DNA of 36,040 nucleotides from Basidiobolus heterosporus B8920 (Eukaryota): NCBI GenBank assembly GCA_000697455.1, contig JNET01029009.1, positions 1 to 36,040 of the forward strand, read 5' to 3'. Shown piece by piece: positions 1 to 10,819 of this stretch (position 1 is its first letter; each line of letters starts with the position of its first letter). The notes under the pieces were generated by a model. It saw only the letters and a program-made list of their open reading frames with translations, ran no database searches and was not told where the DNA came from. The position numbers and the translations under genes were made by a program.

Positions 1-740
1 CCTGTTGTGAGATTCTGGGAGTTATTGGAAGTGATTTGGAGAATCAGAAGAATATGTGGTTTTCACTTAGTGATTTATTGAATGTAAAGTTGACTTTTTT
101 ACTTTGTCAACAAGTAAACAAAGCAACATATAGAATACGTTAAGGAAGGTCCTAGGAACATGTGTGCAAAGTTTGGGGTCATTTGGACATGTTTGAGAAA
201 GTCAAGTATTCTGGGTACTTCTAAGCTAGTGAAAAATATTCCTAGTAAAACCCAAGTGTGAATTTTGGGCAAGACGAAATTGCTAAGTAAATATAATAAA
301 TATTGGGTGTGAGGAAATTGGTCAGTAAATATAATAAGGGTGAGATCAAGTATAAATAATTAGGTGCTAAATTATGTGAATTTCAACATATAGAACGTTT
401 AACATGGAATATTCTTGCTAGTAGATGTATTAAGGGACCTTACCCAAGTCATAGGTGCTTGGTAGGATTATTGAAACCTTATCTTGATAATGTTACATGC
501 AATGAAATGGATGGAGTTTAGTTGATTTACAAGAAAAGGGTACTCCAAGTGGGAATTTTGGACTTATTGGATTGCAAATCATCATATATCAGTCTAGTAT
601 ATGGCGTCAATAGAAAAATGACAAATTGTTCCAACAAAAATAGAACAAATAATCTTAAGCAGGCAAATAAGAGCAATTGACCATGAGAGAGTAGACTACA
701 TATAGGAAACACAAAGTGGTGAATTTTAGACCAATATATT
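1..740. mobile_element. Degenerate AT-rich repeat, putative non-autonomous DNA transposon arm (may extend beyond window start)
   Basis: 1-69 and 324-387 match the reverse complement of 4751-4817 and 4686-4749. Internal reiterated motif CAAGTG..GAATTTT(G/A)G at ~252, ~546, ~712 and CAACATATAGAA at ~124 and ~384. No credible coding sequence. Confidence 0.55.
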
Positions 741-814
741 ACTGACTTTGAGAAAACAACGGATTTTTTATTCCAAAAATTATTTATGAATGAATGAGTG
801 AGTTTGTCTATTGA

Positions 815-2837
815 TTAAAGGAAGTAACGGAAAGATGGATGTCTGTCATAAAGTTTATCAGAATTTTCGGCTGACTTGGATTGGCTGTCATAGACCTTTC
901 CAAAAAGGCGATCTTTTTTACTGTTCTCGTGGGCAAGGCAGATTCGAAGCAGCAGAGCCATGGTAAAAGAGAGGCACATAAATCCAAGACAGATTCCATG
1001 GCCTTCACGGTATGTGGGTGCTTCTGATTTCTTATATATCTAAGTGGCTAGTCTTAGTAATGGTGTGGTGTATGATGGACTTGATTTAACCTACCTGGGA
1101 TCCTAAAATAGAGAAGCATTGTGCAACAGTACCAGTTATGGCAAGGGCGGTACCACGCTTTGTATGGCCAAGGTTATTGTTGGAAATCCAAGTAAGAGTC
1201 TAAAGAACGAAAGACAAGGGTTAATATAACATCACAGAAATCGACTTGTTTAGAACACTTACCAAAGGAATGATTGGATAAACACCGGCACCAACGAGGC
1301 ATGCACCAATATATTTCATTGGGATGTTTTTACCAATAATGAGAAGAATATATCCCAAGGCAGCAATCATAGTAGTGAACATGATACAGAAGCCGCGTTG
1401 TTTAATCATATCCGAAATCCAAGAGACCAAAACCAGTGTGACGCAGCCGGTGGCATAGGGGGGAATGGTGAGAAGTTCCGCTTGAAGAGAGGTGAAGCCC
1501 ATAGCTTTAATGATAGTTGGCAAAAAGGAACTGAAAGAGGAAAGGCAAACGTTGAGACCAAGGTATACAACAATAGCTATCCAATTATGCCAGTCCAGAA
1601 CCGCCTTGAGCATCTGGTGTTTGGAGAAAGCTTTCGTATCCTTATTGCCGCCTGAATGTCCACGCTGGATCGCAAGTTCCCGCTCCTCAGGGGTTAAGAA
1701 ATACTTGCTGGCGGTGTGGGGATAGTTTGGAAGGAAGAAGAAGCAGAGAATACCAAGGAAAATGGTAGGTACACCTTCAATGATGAATAACCATCTCCAG
1801 GATGCCAAGCCATGAGAACCATCGAGATTACGGATGACAGCGTAGGCTAAGACACCATCAAACAATCCAGCAAGAGTAGAGGAGCCCAAGAAAATTGACA
1901 TGCGTCTGGCCATCTCTTCGCGCTTATACCAGTAGCTTAACAGAAGAGGAACACCGGGACCAAGACCAGCTTGAAAGCATCCCATGAAAAACCGAGCTGA
2001 TTTGGGAGTGAGAAGGGGAAAGCTTCAAAAGAAATCTCAGAATATACTTACTTGCCATCATCTCTGAGTAGTTGTGACCAGCTGCGAGACTTCATGAAGA
2101 AACGAGTTAGTGTCAGTTTGTATTCATTTAACCAAATCAAGTAATATTCACCATGTAGCGCAGATTCCCTAGACAAAGAAATCGATTTAGAAAGATCGTT
2201 GATGTATGTATGTATGTATGTATTAAGAGGTGACTTACCCAAATAACCATTACGAAACCGATCCATTTGGAAGGTGGCGCACTAAGAAAAGGAATCTGGT
2301 TAGCATGTGTCCTTCCCAACAACTCGCAAGTTACACTAATTACATTCTAGAAGCCATGGTTGAAGGGATCTGACAAATAATATAGCCTGGATATGGAAAT
2401 GGTTAACGAATGCCACACAATCGACGTTATTGGGGTTTAAAGACTTACCGACAAAGAACATAGTAACGATGTTGTGGAACTGCTTCCCATTGATGTCCAA
2501 ATCTTTTTCAATGCCACCAAGACGAGCGTTACCGATGTTGCCCTAGACCCATTAGTTAGTATTAATGGAAAGATGAAAAGCGCGGTAGCCTATGCTTACT
2601 CTAGTCAATGACGCAAAGAGATACATCAAAGAGACAAACGGCAGTATACTGAAGAAAAGATATAAGTATCCGATAGCAAAGAACAAAAGCGAGAAGAGGT
2701 TTGACTTACTATAGGTCCTGCTTCCACACTAATCTACGCTCCAGCGCCTTCAACTCGGGGTCACCCATGGATGAGGTCACGGTGCTAGTTTCAAAATTTT
2801 CACCAACCTCTTTTGATACTTCTGAATGAGGATCCAT
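815..2837 (-). CDS. MFS transporter, anion:cation symporter (Tna1/Dal5-like) family, multi-exon
   Basis: Spliced product MDPHSEVSK...LERRLVWKQDL...GNIGNARLGGIEKDL...SKWIGFVMVIW...RFFMGCFQAG...LSYWYKREE...WRWLFIIEGVPT...GHTKRGTALA...HPSFRYFL*. ATG at 2835-2837, stop at 815-817. Confidence 0.93.
2202..2223. repeat. (ATGT)n microsatellite in an MFS intron
   Basis: atgtatgtatgtatgtatgtat seen directly. Confidence 0.85.
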
Positions 2838-2877
2838 GTTGAGAAAGAGTTGGTTGTAACATGTACTTTGTTCCCTC

Positions 2878-2885
2878 TTTATATA
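2878..2885 (-). promoter_or_regulatory. TATA box of the MFS gene
   Basis: TATATAAA on the minus strand about 40 nt upstream of the ATG. Confidence 0.6.
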
Positions 2886-3875
2886 CTCTTTTCAAGGAGG
2901 CAGGGATCTTATGAAGCCTTCTTTGCAATGATTAGGGTTAGGGTGATCTCCACTTGGTGATCTCCACACCTTTTGGCTGCTCCATACACCAATCATCCAA
3001 CATTTCTGGATTATTGTTCAAGTTTTCCTAACTGTGTAGGGCCATACGTTCTATCCGAAAAAGGCAGGGTTCCGAATATGAGTAAGTATCGATAATACTA
3101 AATGGGAAGCTATGGTAAGCAATGGCAGTACCAGGGCAGAAGCGATGGATTAGGCGAATAACTCGTTGCATTGTTTAGACCCGTTATACGACGGTGTAAT
3201 CTCAGTTCATTGACTTTAAATGTTGGTAAAAATATACCCATAGATTAATAGAATTTCATCAATTTCATCTGAACGGACATCTAGTTACTACTCTTCTTGT
3301 TGTGGTATAGCTCTCACTACCGACCTTGAGTCACTTAGGATTAGGGTTAGGTACGTTTCAATATTCGCTGAATAAATGGCCGGAGAAACTTTATTGTTTG
3401 GTTTGGATAAACAATTCATCCCGAGCTCTCGGCTCAGTCAGATTATGTGACAATGTCAGAGATGGCCAATCTGTCATTAATAACGGTTAGCCATTCACCT
3501 TTTGTAGATCAGTCCAGGTTTGTAATAGACCATTCTTGCATCATAATTGCTCCAATGATCATTTGTTACTAGTCACTTTATTAGGAAATCAATCGAAGTT
3601 TGTTGAACAAAGACAACGAGTTCAGTTCAAGAAAGACCAATCTACCATAGGATTTGGGGTTGAGAGTATCAACCCTGATTCTATTTTGCGCAAAGGTTGT
3701 TGGAGAAAGACTAATCCTTTGTACAAGTGACAGGATATACAAATTTGGGAATAATACGGAACCGTAGCTAAAGGCCTGGGATAGATAGCATTGGTGATGG
3801 TTGAGATTCCGATCAGATTCTTCTAATCTCCTTTTCTTTTGCTAAGCGAACACTAACCCCGTGAACCTTTCAATA

Positions 3876-3940
3876 TTCCCATCAATGTTCAACACAAGAA
3901 CACAAACATTCCCATCAATATTCAACACGACAACACGAAA
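3876..3940. repeat. Imperfect ~33-bp direct tandem duplication
   Basis: ttcccatcaatgttcaacacaagaacac followed by ttcccatcaatattcaacacgacaacac. Confidence 0.7.
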
Positions 3941-4444
3941 TCACATAGAATCACGTACGAGTTTAGATTTTGCTAATCTCGTCACCAACATCTCGATCTA
4001 TGTTAATTACGTTATATACCCATCACGATGGATCAGAAAATATGCGATTCAATTCACACGACAACAATAATTCCCTTAATGGATTAGACTTCGCTATACT
4101 GAATTATGATTATTAATAACTGGCAAATATGGTTTCCCAGAAGTCCGTACATAATATAATATAAGTGGTATATCAAAGTTCATTCGTAGTTGAAGTGGCC
4201 AGAAAACTTGGTCCAGGTGCCATGAAAATCAGTATAACCGCGAGGTAATAGATTAGACGAAAACAGGTAATTCAAAACTTTTCTTCAGTCAAGGTTGTGA
4301 TGATTAGCATGTGCGCAACAGACTACTATTCTGATTAGATTATTTCCGTTACCTGTAGCCCATCTTAAATCATTTCTGCGTATGGATTATGCTGAAATTC
4401 ACTTATCACCTACTTATTCATACAAGCTTAGGGTAATTTCTCTT

Positions 4445-4817
4445 CCAAAATCCACACTTGGAATATTTTCACGAAACAACTTTAAACCTAATAAGCCTAC
4501 AATTGAGAATCACATATTCTTTAATTCTCCAAATTACTGCCAATACTTCCTAGAATCTCATATCAGAAGTATATATACAGATTATGAAGGAAATATTAAT
4601 AGAACAAGAATTTTCAATCAAGTGAAATTAATGAGTGGGCGTAGCACAAGTAAAGCGACACTTAATAAGCCTACAAGTGAAACCCGTTGAAATTCACATA
4701 ATTTAGCACCTATTTATTCATACTTGATCTTACCCTTATTATATTTACTACAAGTGAAAATCACATTCTTCTAATTGTCCAAATCACTCCCAACAGCTCC
4801 CAGAATCTCACAATAGG
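4445..4817 (-). mobile_element. Two rearranged, internally deleted copies of the repeat at the window start, inverted orientation
   Basis: Reverse complement of 4751-4817 (cctattgtgagattctgggagctgttgggagtgatttggacaattagaagaatgtgattttcacttg) aligns to 1-69. 4686-4749 aligns to 324-387. 4500-4566 is a second, more diverged match to 1-69. TAATAAGCCTACAA occurs at ~4489 and ~4664. Confidence 0.65.
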
Positions 4818-5172
4818 CATGATGGAAAGACGAAAGAAGATGAGATTCTTTTTTGACAGAGCCAAGTAAGGAAGATGGTGGACATACTTCTACAGAGCTT
4901 TAAAAGCATACTTTAAGATTTCTTTTTGATATAATTTTGGATTAATTACAAGAACATTACCAAATGATATATATTCTAGTAGCATTCAGAATTCTAGTTA
5001 GCATTAGCATTTTCACTGCTCTAAGATTCAACCTCTAGCTTTATATATAGTACAGGGAATTCTAAACCTCCAGTAAAGTATTAAGTGATATCATACTATC
5101 AAATTTCTAGATCAGCCTCAATATTGCCAAAATTCGTTGGTAAGACATGTCAGGTGCTAGGTACTCCATGAT

Positions 5173-6833
5173 TTATACCAAACATGACTGCCACATCATA
5201 ACCATGGGGAAGAGTAGTAGTGTGCAAACACTATAAGCAGGTAGTGCTGCCGTAGATTTCAAAATCAACTCTCGTGTGAGATTAGAACCAAGGTAGAGAA
5301 TGGGCCTTACGTCTGAACCTTTTCGTACAAATTTGTCACTTTGAGCTAGCAAATGAGTCTTTAATGCTACAGGATCCCAATCCTTCTCACTCAAGATTAA
5401 TGCCATAGCACCTGTAACCTAGTTTATGTTAGTTGACCAAAGTAATTACACAGTGAAGTAGATATGAAGTTACGTGAGGCGCGGCCATTGAAGTGCCAGA
5501 GAGTACGTGGCTAGACTTTTGGCCTGATTTCCATGCAGAGACGATATCTGTGCCAGGTGCGTAACTAAGATAAAGGGAAGGTGAATTTTCGAAAACCAAT
5601 CAAAGCACTAGTAACATACATAACAACATACATCGTTACGCATGAGCCATGGTTTGAGAAGTTGGTTATTTGATCGGATTTGTCAATTGCCCCTACAATC
5701 ACCGCTTTAGGCACGGAGCTTGGAGAGTAACGACAGGCATTTTTCCCATCGTTCCCCGCTGATCAAAGTATGTGAGTAATAGTTGATGTGTTTATCAGAT
5801 GAGCCTAAGCTCGAAGTTACCTGCGATTGAGAAATGAATTCCTAATTCAATGGCTTCCTCGATAGCTTCATTTGCAGCTTGGCTAAAGTCAGCGCTTAAC
5901 GAAAGACTAGCAATGAAGTCAGCTCATGAAAACCCCCCATATTACCTGATAATGAGCCCTTACTTGACAACACTCTTCTGACCAGGATTCCTCAGATGAT
6001 CTTTTACAATCCATTCGATTCCACGCAGAACATCACTAAGCTTCCCAGACCCATCCGGACTCAACGCTTTTATTGATACCAACCTAGCTTGTTTAGCGAC
6101 ACCAAAAGTTTTCCCTTTCAAGAGTAAGTTTAGTACAACACTAAATCAAGAACGTTCAAGATATCTTGGCGTTCTCTTAAAATACCTATGGCTACACCGG
6201 CAATGAACGTGCCATGGCCATGCCGATCGCTTCCGTCAGTATCGCCAGTCAATATGGGACCCCAGCTCGCTCTACCTTCGAAATCCTGGTGATCAATGTT
6301 AACTCCACTTAGACAAACAGTCAGACAATTGGCGAGTAACTCCAAGTAGGCTGAACAAGACTTACGTATCAATCACATAGATGGTCACGTTTTTACCAGA
6401 AGAAGCGGGGTAGCGGAACTGAAGATCAGTACCATCACGTTGATCGATCCTATCCAATCCCTAATAAGAGGAATGAATTTTCGAATCAACTTCCTTTATG
6501 AAAAGCATCATATCTTACCCAACTAGGTGGCTTGTACTGTATGTCACAGATATGAACCGGTAAATCTGGAATGATATATTCTATCTCTGGCATCCCTTTG
6601 AATTTTTCCATGATTTCTACTTGAATCTCTCCCGAATACCATTGAAACCCACCGATATGTCGGGTCTTGATGAATTTTTCGGTGCTATTGGAGGGAGGAA
6701 ATGGAAATCCCCCCGATTTAGCCATGACAAGAGATTTTTTAAAGACAATAATATGTCCTGGTCCGGCAAGAACCCTACCCCCACATAAAAGATACAAAGT
6801 CAACGAGAACAAAGGGAATAATCGACCAGACAT
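5173..6833 (-). CDS. Subtilisin-like serine protease (S8A, proteinase K-like) with signal peptide, I9 propeptide and hydrophobic C-terminal tail
   Basis: Spliced frame is intact: signal MSGRLFPLFSLTLYLLCGG, WGLDRIDQR, catalytic Asp YVIDTG, His HGHGTFIAG, oxyanion Asn AGNDG, Ser SGTSMAAPHV. Confidence 0.93.
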
Positions 6834-7418
6834 CAGTGACAGGAATAAGCCAAAGTGGAAGGCGAAGGCGCACAGCAAAGTGGTACTGAGACTAAAGGCT
6901 TGAATGCAACCCAGGAAGATCTCGATACTGAAAGGTTAAGCACATTTCAACTTGTCTCGATTCTACTTAAGTATACAACGAAGTTTATGAGGACGAATTT
7001 TCGGATGATTTAAGATAAAATCTATATTCTCCTTCATTATAGGACAATACATTGTATATTGTTGACATACAATGCAAACATGTGACCAACAAATGGATTT
7101 ATTAATTTGATGGAACCAACTACTTCTAAAATATTGATATTCTGTGTGTGGTCTATTGTGCACGGATAAGACGTAGGGGAGAATGGTAAATGGAGAACCC
7201 AGTAAATCTAATCATGCTAATGAATCTGGTGCATTCAATTCAAGCAAGGGTGTTCCGAAGCGCCGTCATGATATCGGGAGAGGGCAGGGAGTAGGGGAGT
7301 GTGATGGTATGGTTCGTTTTTTTAAATAAGATCTTTGAATCCAGTGAAGTGAATGTGAATAAACGGAGAAGAGAAAAGAACAATCCCACGAGAACTTAGC
7401 AAAATGCTGGTATAATTA

Positions 7419-9362
7419 TTATTTGTTGTGGAAGCTGTTAAACAGACCTATTGTTTCGGGTGATGCGAGAGTTTCCTGCCCACCCTTAGCATGGTCGTTA
7501 CGCATATCCTCAATGTGCTCCAGATACTCTTTGGTCACACCACCAGTGATGTATTGTCCATCAAACACAGAGGCTTCGAAACGTTCGATCTTGGGGTTTA
7601 GAACGGTACAAGAAGCAATGAGATCATCTATGTCCTGGAAAATCACTCTATCAGCGCCAATTTCTTCCGCAACTTCATCCTCCGACCGGCCATAAGCCAC
7701 CAACTCCTTGGCCGATGGCATATCAATGCCATATACATTAGGGTATCTACGCAAATCAAGAAATTGGTTATTACGACTGTCCTGCATGGTCTAGAAAAAC
7801 TTGTTATATCTTACCTGATAGCAGGGGCACATGATGCAAAATAGACCTTTTTCGCTCCCACATCTCTTGCCATTTGAATGATCTCTTTGGAGGTGGTACC
7901 TCGAACGATCGAATCGTCAACCAAGAGAACATTCTTTCCGGCGAATTCCAATGGCATGGGATTCAACTTTCTTCTCACGTTTTTGCGTCTCATCTGTTGC
8001 CCTGGCATAATGAATGTACGACCAACATAACGGTTTTTGATGAATCCTTCACGGAACACGATGCCCAATTTGTAAGACAATTGGAGGGCGGACACGCGTG
8101 AAGTATCTGGAACGGGGATAACAACATCTATATCATTTTCAGAGCCAAGTTTCTTGATGATCTGTGCAGCTAGGGCTTCGCCCATAGCAAGACGGGATCT
8201 GTATACAGATATGCCATCAATGATAGAATCAGGTCTAGCAAAGTAGACGTACTCAAATATGCAAGGGGTATAAGGTTTTCCAGGCATCAACATCCTTTTG
8301 GTGACGTTCGTTTTACTCAAGATTATGGCTTCACCAGGTAAGACGTCAACGATGTCAGTGAATCCAAGTACATCAAGTACGACACTTTCCGATGCAAACA
8401 TATAATCATATCCATTAGCTGAAGGACGACGCCCATAGACCAAAGGTCTGATACCATTAGGATCTCTGAAGGCAAGGATACCAAATCCTACGAAAGTCCC
8501 ACATCAATTTAATTGGAGTTTGAGGAAAAGTATGCAAAGATTGTTACTTACCAGCAATCATGGCCAGACAAGCGTAGCCACCAACGCATATATCGTAAAT
8601 ACCCTTGATAGCAGTGAAAATATCCTCTTCATTAATTCTGGTCAGAGAGTAAGAGAGTTAGTAAACGAATCATGTTTCAAGTCCATACAAATTCACCAAG
8701 CTTTACCTGGCTTTGCCGGTTTTTTGGAGATTGTCTGCGAAGATGTTGAGAAGAACTTCACTATCAGAGGAAGTATTGATGTGTCTGTGAGCATCAAAGT
8801 CCAAGTAATTTCTTAGACTCTCGGTGTTGATAAGGTTTCCATTCTAAAACCAACAGAAATAAGTTTATCTGCGCGAAGAAACATACAACATCAAATTGAA
8901 ATCGTACATGTGCAAAGACTATCCCATAAGGACTATTGACATAAAAAGGCTGAGCTTCGGAGGAGGAAGAGGAACCAGCGGTAGGATATCTTACTAATGA
9001 TTCCGAGACGAGTTAGTTAAGGAAAATATAATATACCACGCTTGATATGAATGTTACCGACCATGGCCAACACCCATATTACCAACAAGGTTGAGTAAGT
9101 CCTGCTTTCCGAAAGTCTCTGAAACCATACCGTTCCCTTTGTGTTGATAGAGACGCCCTTTATGACCACAAGTAATGATACCCGCAGCGTCCTACAAAGT
9201 AAAGGAATAAGCAAGTTGGACAACGTGCACCTTAATAAAGAGCTAGTGCATCTGGATAGTTCATACCTGGCCTCTATGTTGTAATAAGCCTAGACCTTCG
9301 AAAAGATCCCCACTGGCCATACCATCTTGAGCAGCCAACAATAAAGCAACGATACCACACAT
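7419..9362 (-). CDS. ADE4: Amidophosphoribosyltransferase (glutamine PRPP amidotransferase)
   Basis: N-terminal MCGI (Ntn Cys), [62 protein letters not shown]. Confidence 0.97.
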
Positions 9363-10174
9363 GATTCGGTTTCTAACTTGGAGTTTTACGAACCCGTTAA
9401 GATATAAGAAAGAAGGAGAGATAGAAGGCAAGTAGTAGCCGCGATACGAGAAGTCCAAAGCGATTCCTTCCACTTCAGACGGTGAATTAAGTACTCGAGT
9501 AAAAAACCGGGGTTCTTCCGTTTCGAAAATATCAATTCGAGAAAGATTTCAATTCATTGGTAGTATAAGCGATGTACAGGCGTAAACTATTGTGCCCCAG
9601 TTAATCCGTAGTTGAAAAAAGGCGAATACTATGACAGAGAATGATGAGATAAGATGATAAGATAAACGATTGGCCAGGTATAGATATGATAATGGGGGCA
9701 AGCCAAAATTAAGATAAATAAAAACCTTATAAAAGAAAATTTTGCCTACTTAGGCTAGGGAACCAATTACAGATCGATATCTTTAGATGGAGGTTGCATT
9801 TTATACTTATCTATGTTGATTGGACTATGCCTAACCCTAACCCTAACCCTCTTGGTGATGCAGCATCGGCTAGATCATTCCCACACTTATCCCCTAACCC
9901 TAGCCTCTACAATATCCATGATACTGGATATTTAAGCTATACCTGTGATGGTTCCGGATACACGAGCAAGATACTAGCTAGGGTTACGAGGTAGAGTTAC
10001 ACCAGCAGTAACTGGAAATTATTTTTAGTGGGACTCACGCTTCTAACCACGGGCCTTTACGGCAGGCGTAGATCCACTGGTCAGGGCCATTCAAAGGGAT
10101 CACCTCCTATGTAGTTGATGTAAAGAGTCCTCGTGCTATGCTTCGTTGAGGCAGGTACTGCGTTCCCGACAAAG

Positions 10175-10181
10175 TATATAA
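10175..10181 (+). promoter_or_regulatory. TATA box of the small secreted peptide gene
   Basis: TATATAA about 50 nt upstream of ATG 10231. Confidence 0.6.
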
Positions 10182-10230
10182 GTCTTATGACTCGTGCTGA
10201 AAGAGCATCAACTCATCCACTTCCGATAAT

Positions 10231-10456
10231 ATGCGCTTCGCTTTGTATTTCGCTCTCGCTGCCCTGATTGCTACCAATGTTGCTGCTTTAACTATGAAGG
10301 AATGTGAGAAGAGCTGCGGTCGTCCAAAGATGTGTATGCTTGTCAACAAAGTGCCTACATGCATGCGTATGTAAGTGGCCAAGTGGTCAGTGACACACAT
10401 CTACAATATCATCATCAGCCATTACACGTGGAGGATGGAAGAGTGTTGGCAAATAA
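10231..10456 (+). CDS. Small secreted cysteine-rich cationic peptide (57 aa spliced; 47 aa ending at 10374 if unspliced)
   Basis: MRFALYFALAALIATNVAA|LTMKECEKSCGRPKMCMLVNKVPTCM, then intron 10367-10418 (GTATGT...CAG, 52 nt), then PITRGGWKSVGK*. Classic signal peptide with an AxA-type cleavage site, 4 Cys, upstream TATA. Below the ORF-track size cutoff. Confidence 0.8.
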
Positions 10457-10819
10457 AGATTTCATACACCCAGTATTTATCACCTTTATCTATTTGATAT
10501 TTTGCATTTGATATTTAGTTAACACTCATCGACCATGTTTGCTCGGCATTTACGGAGGTATCAGGATAGCTCTAGGTCTGTATAATCATGGCAGTATTAC
10601 AATTAGATGATTAATGCTAGTAAACAATAAGAACTAGATGGTTAAAATTGGAGTTTTTAAGCACCGTTCTAGATGTCGGATTAAATTCGATGAGGTAGGG
10701 AAATCAGGAATTTTTAGAAAAAATTCTGACTTTCAACCCAACATTTCCCATCTATCCTAACTACTGACAGTCCATTGGGGCAGTACTCTAACTCTTCCAC
10801 CGATTTGAATTCCCTTACC

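Noticed and set aside
4382..4690. 102-aa plus-strand ORF
   Set aside because: Lies mostly in the degenerate repeat copies; no transposase or other motif.
9830..9850. Chromosome end (true telomere)
   Set aside because: Only about 3.5 units, internal, flanked by housekeeping genes.
9794..9994. 66-aa ORF containing PNPNPNP
   Set aside because: Simply the translation of CCCTAA repeats; non-ATG start and no protein-like features.
10185..10400. 71-aa minus-strand ORF
   Set aside because: Antisense to the better-supported plus-strand secreted peptide gene.
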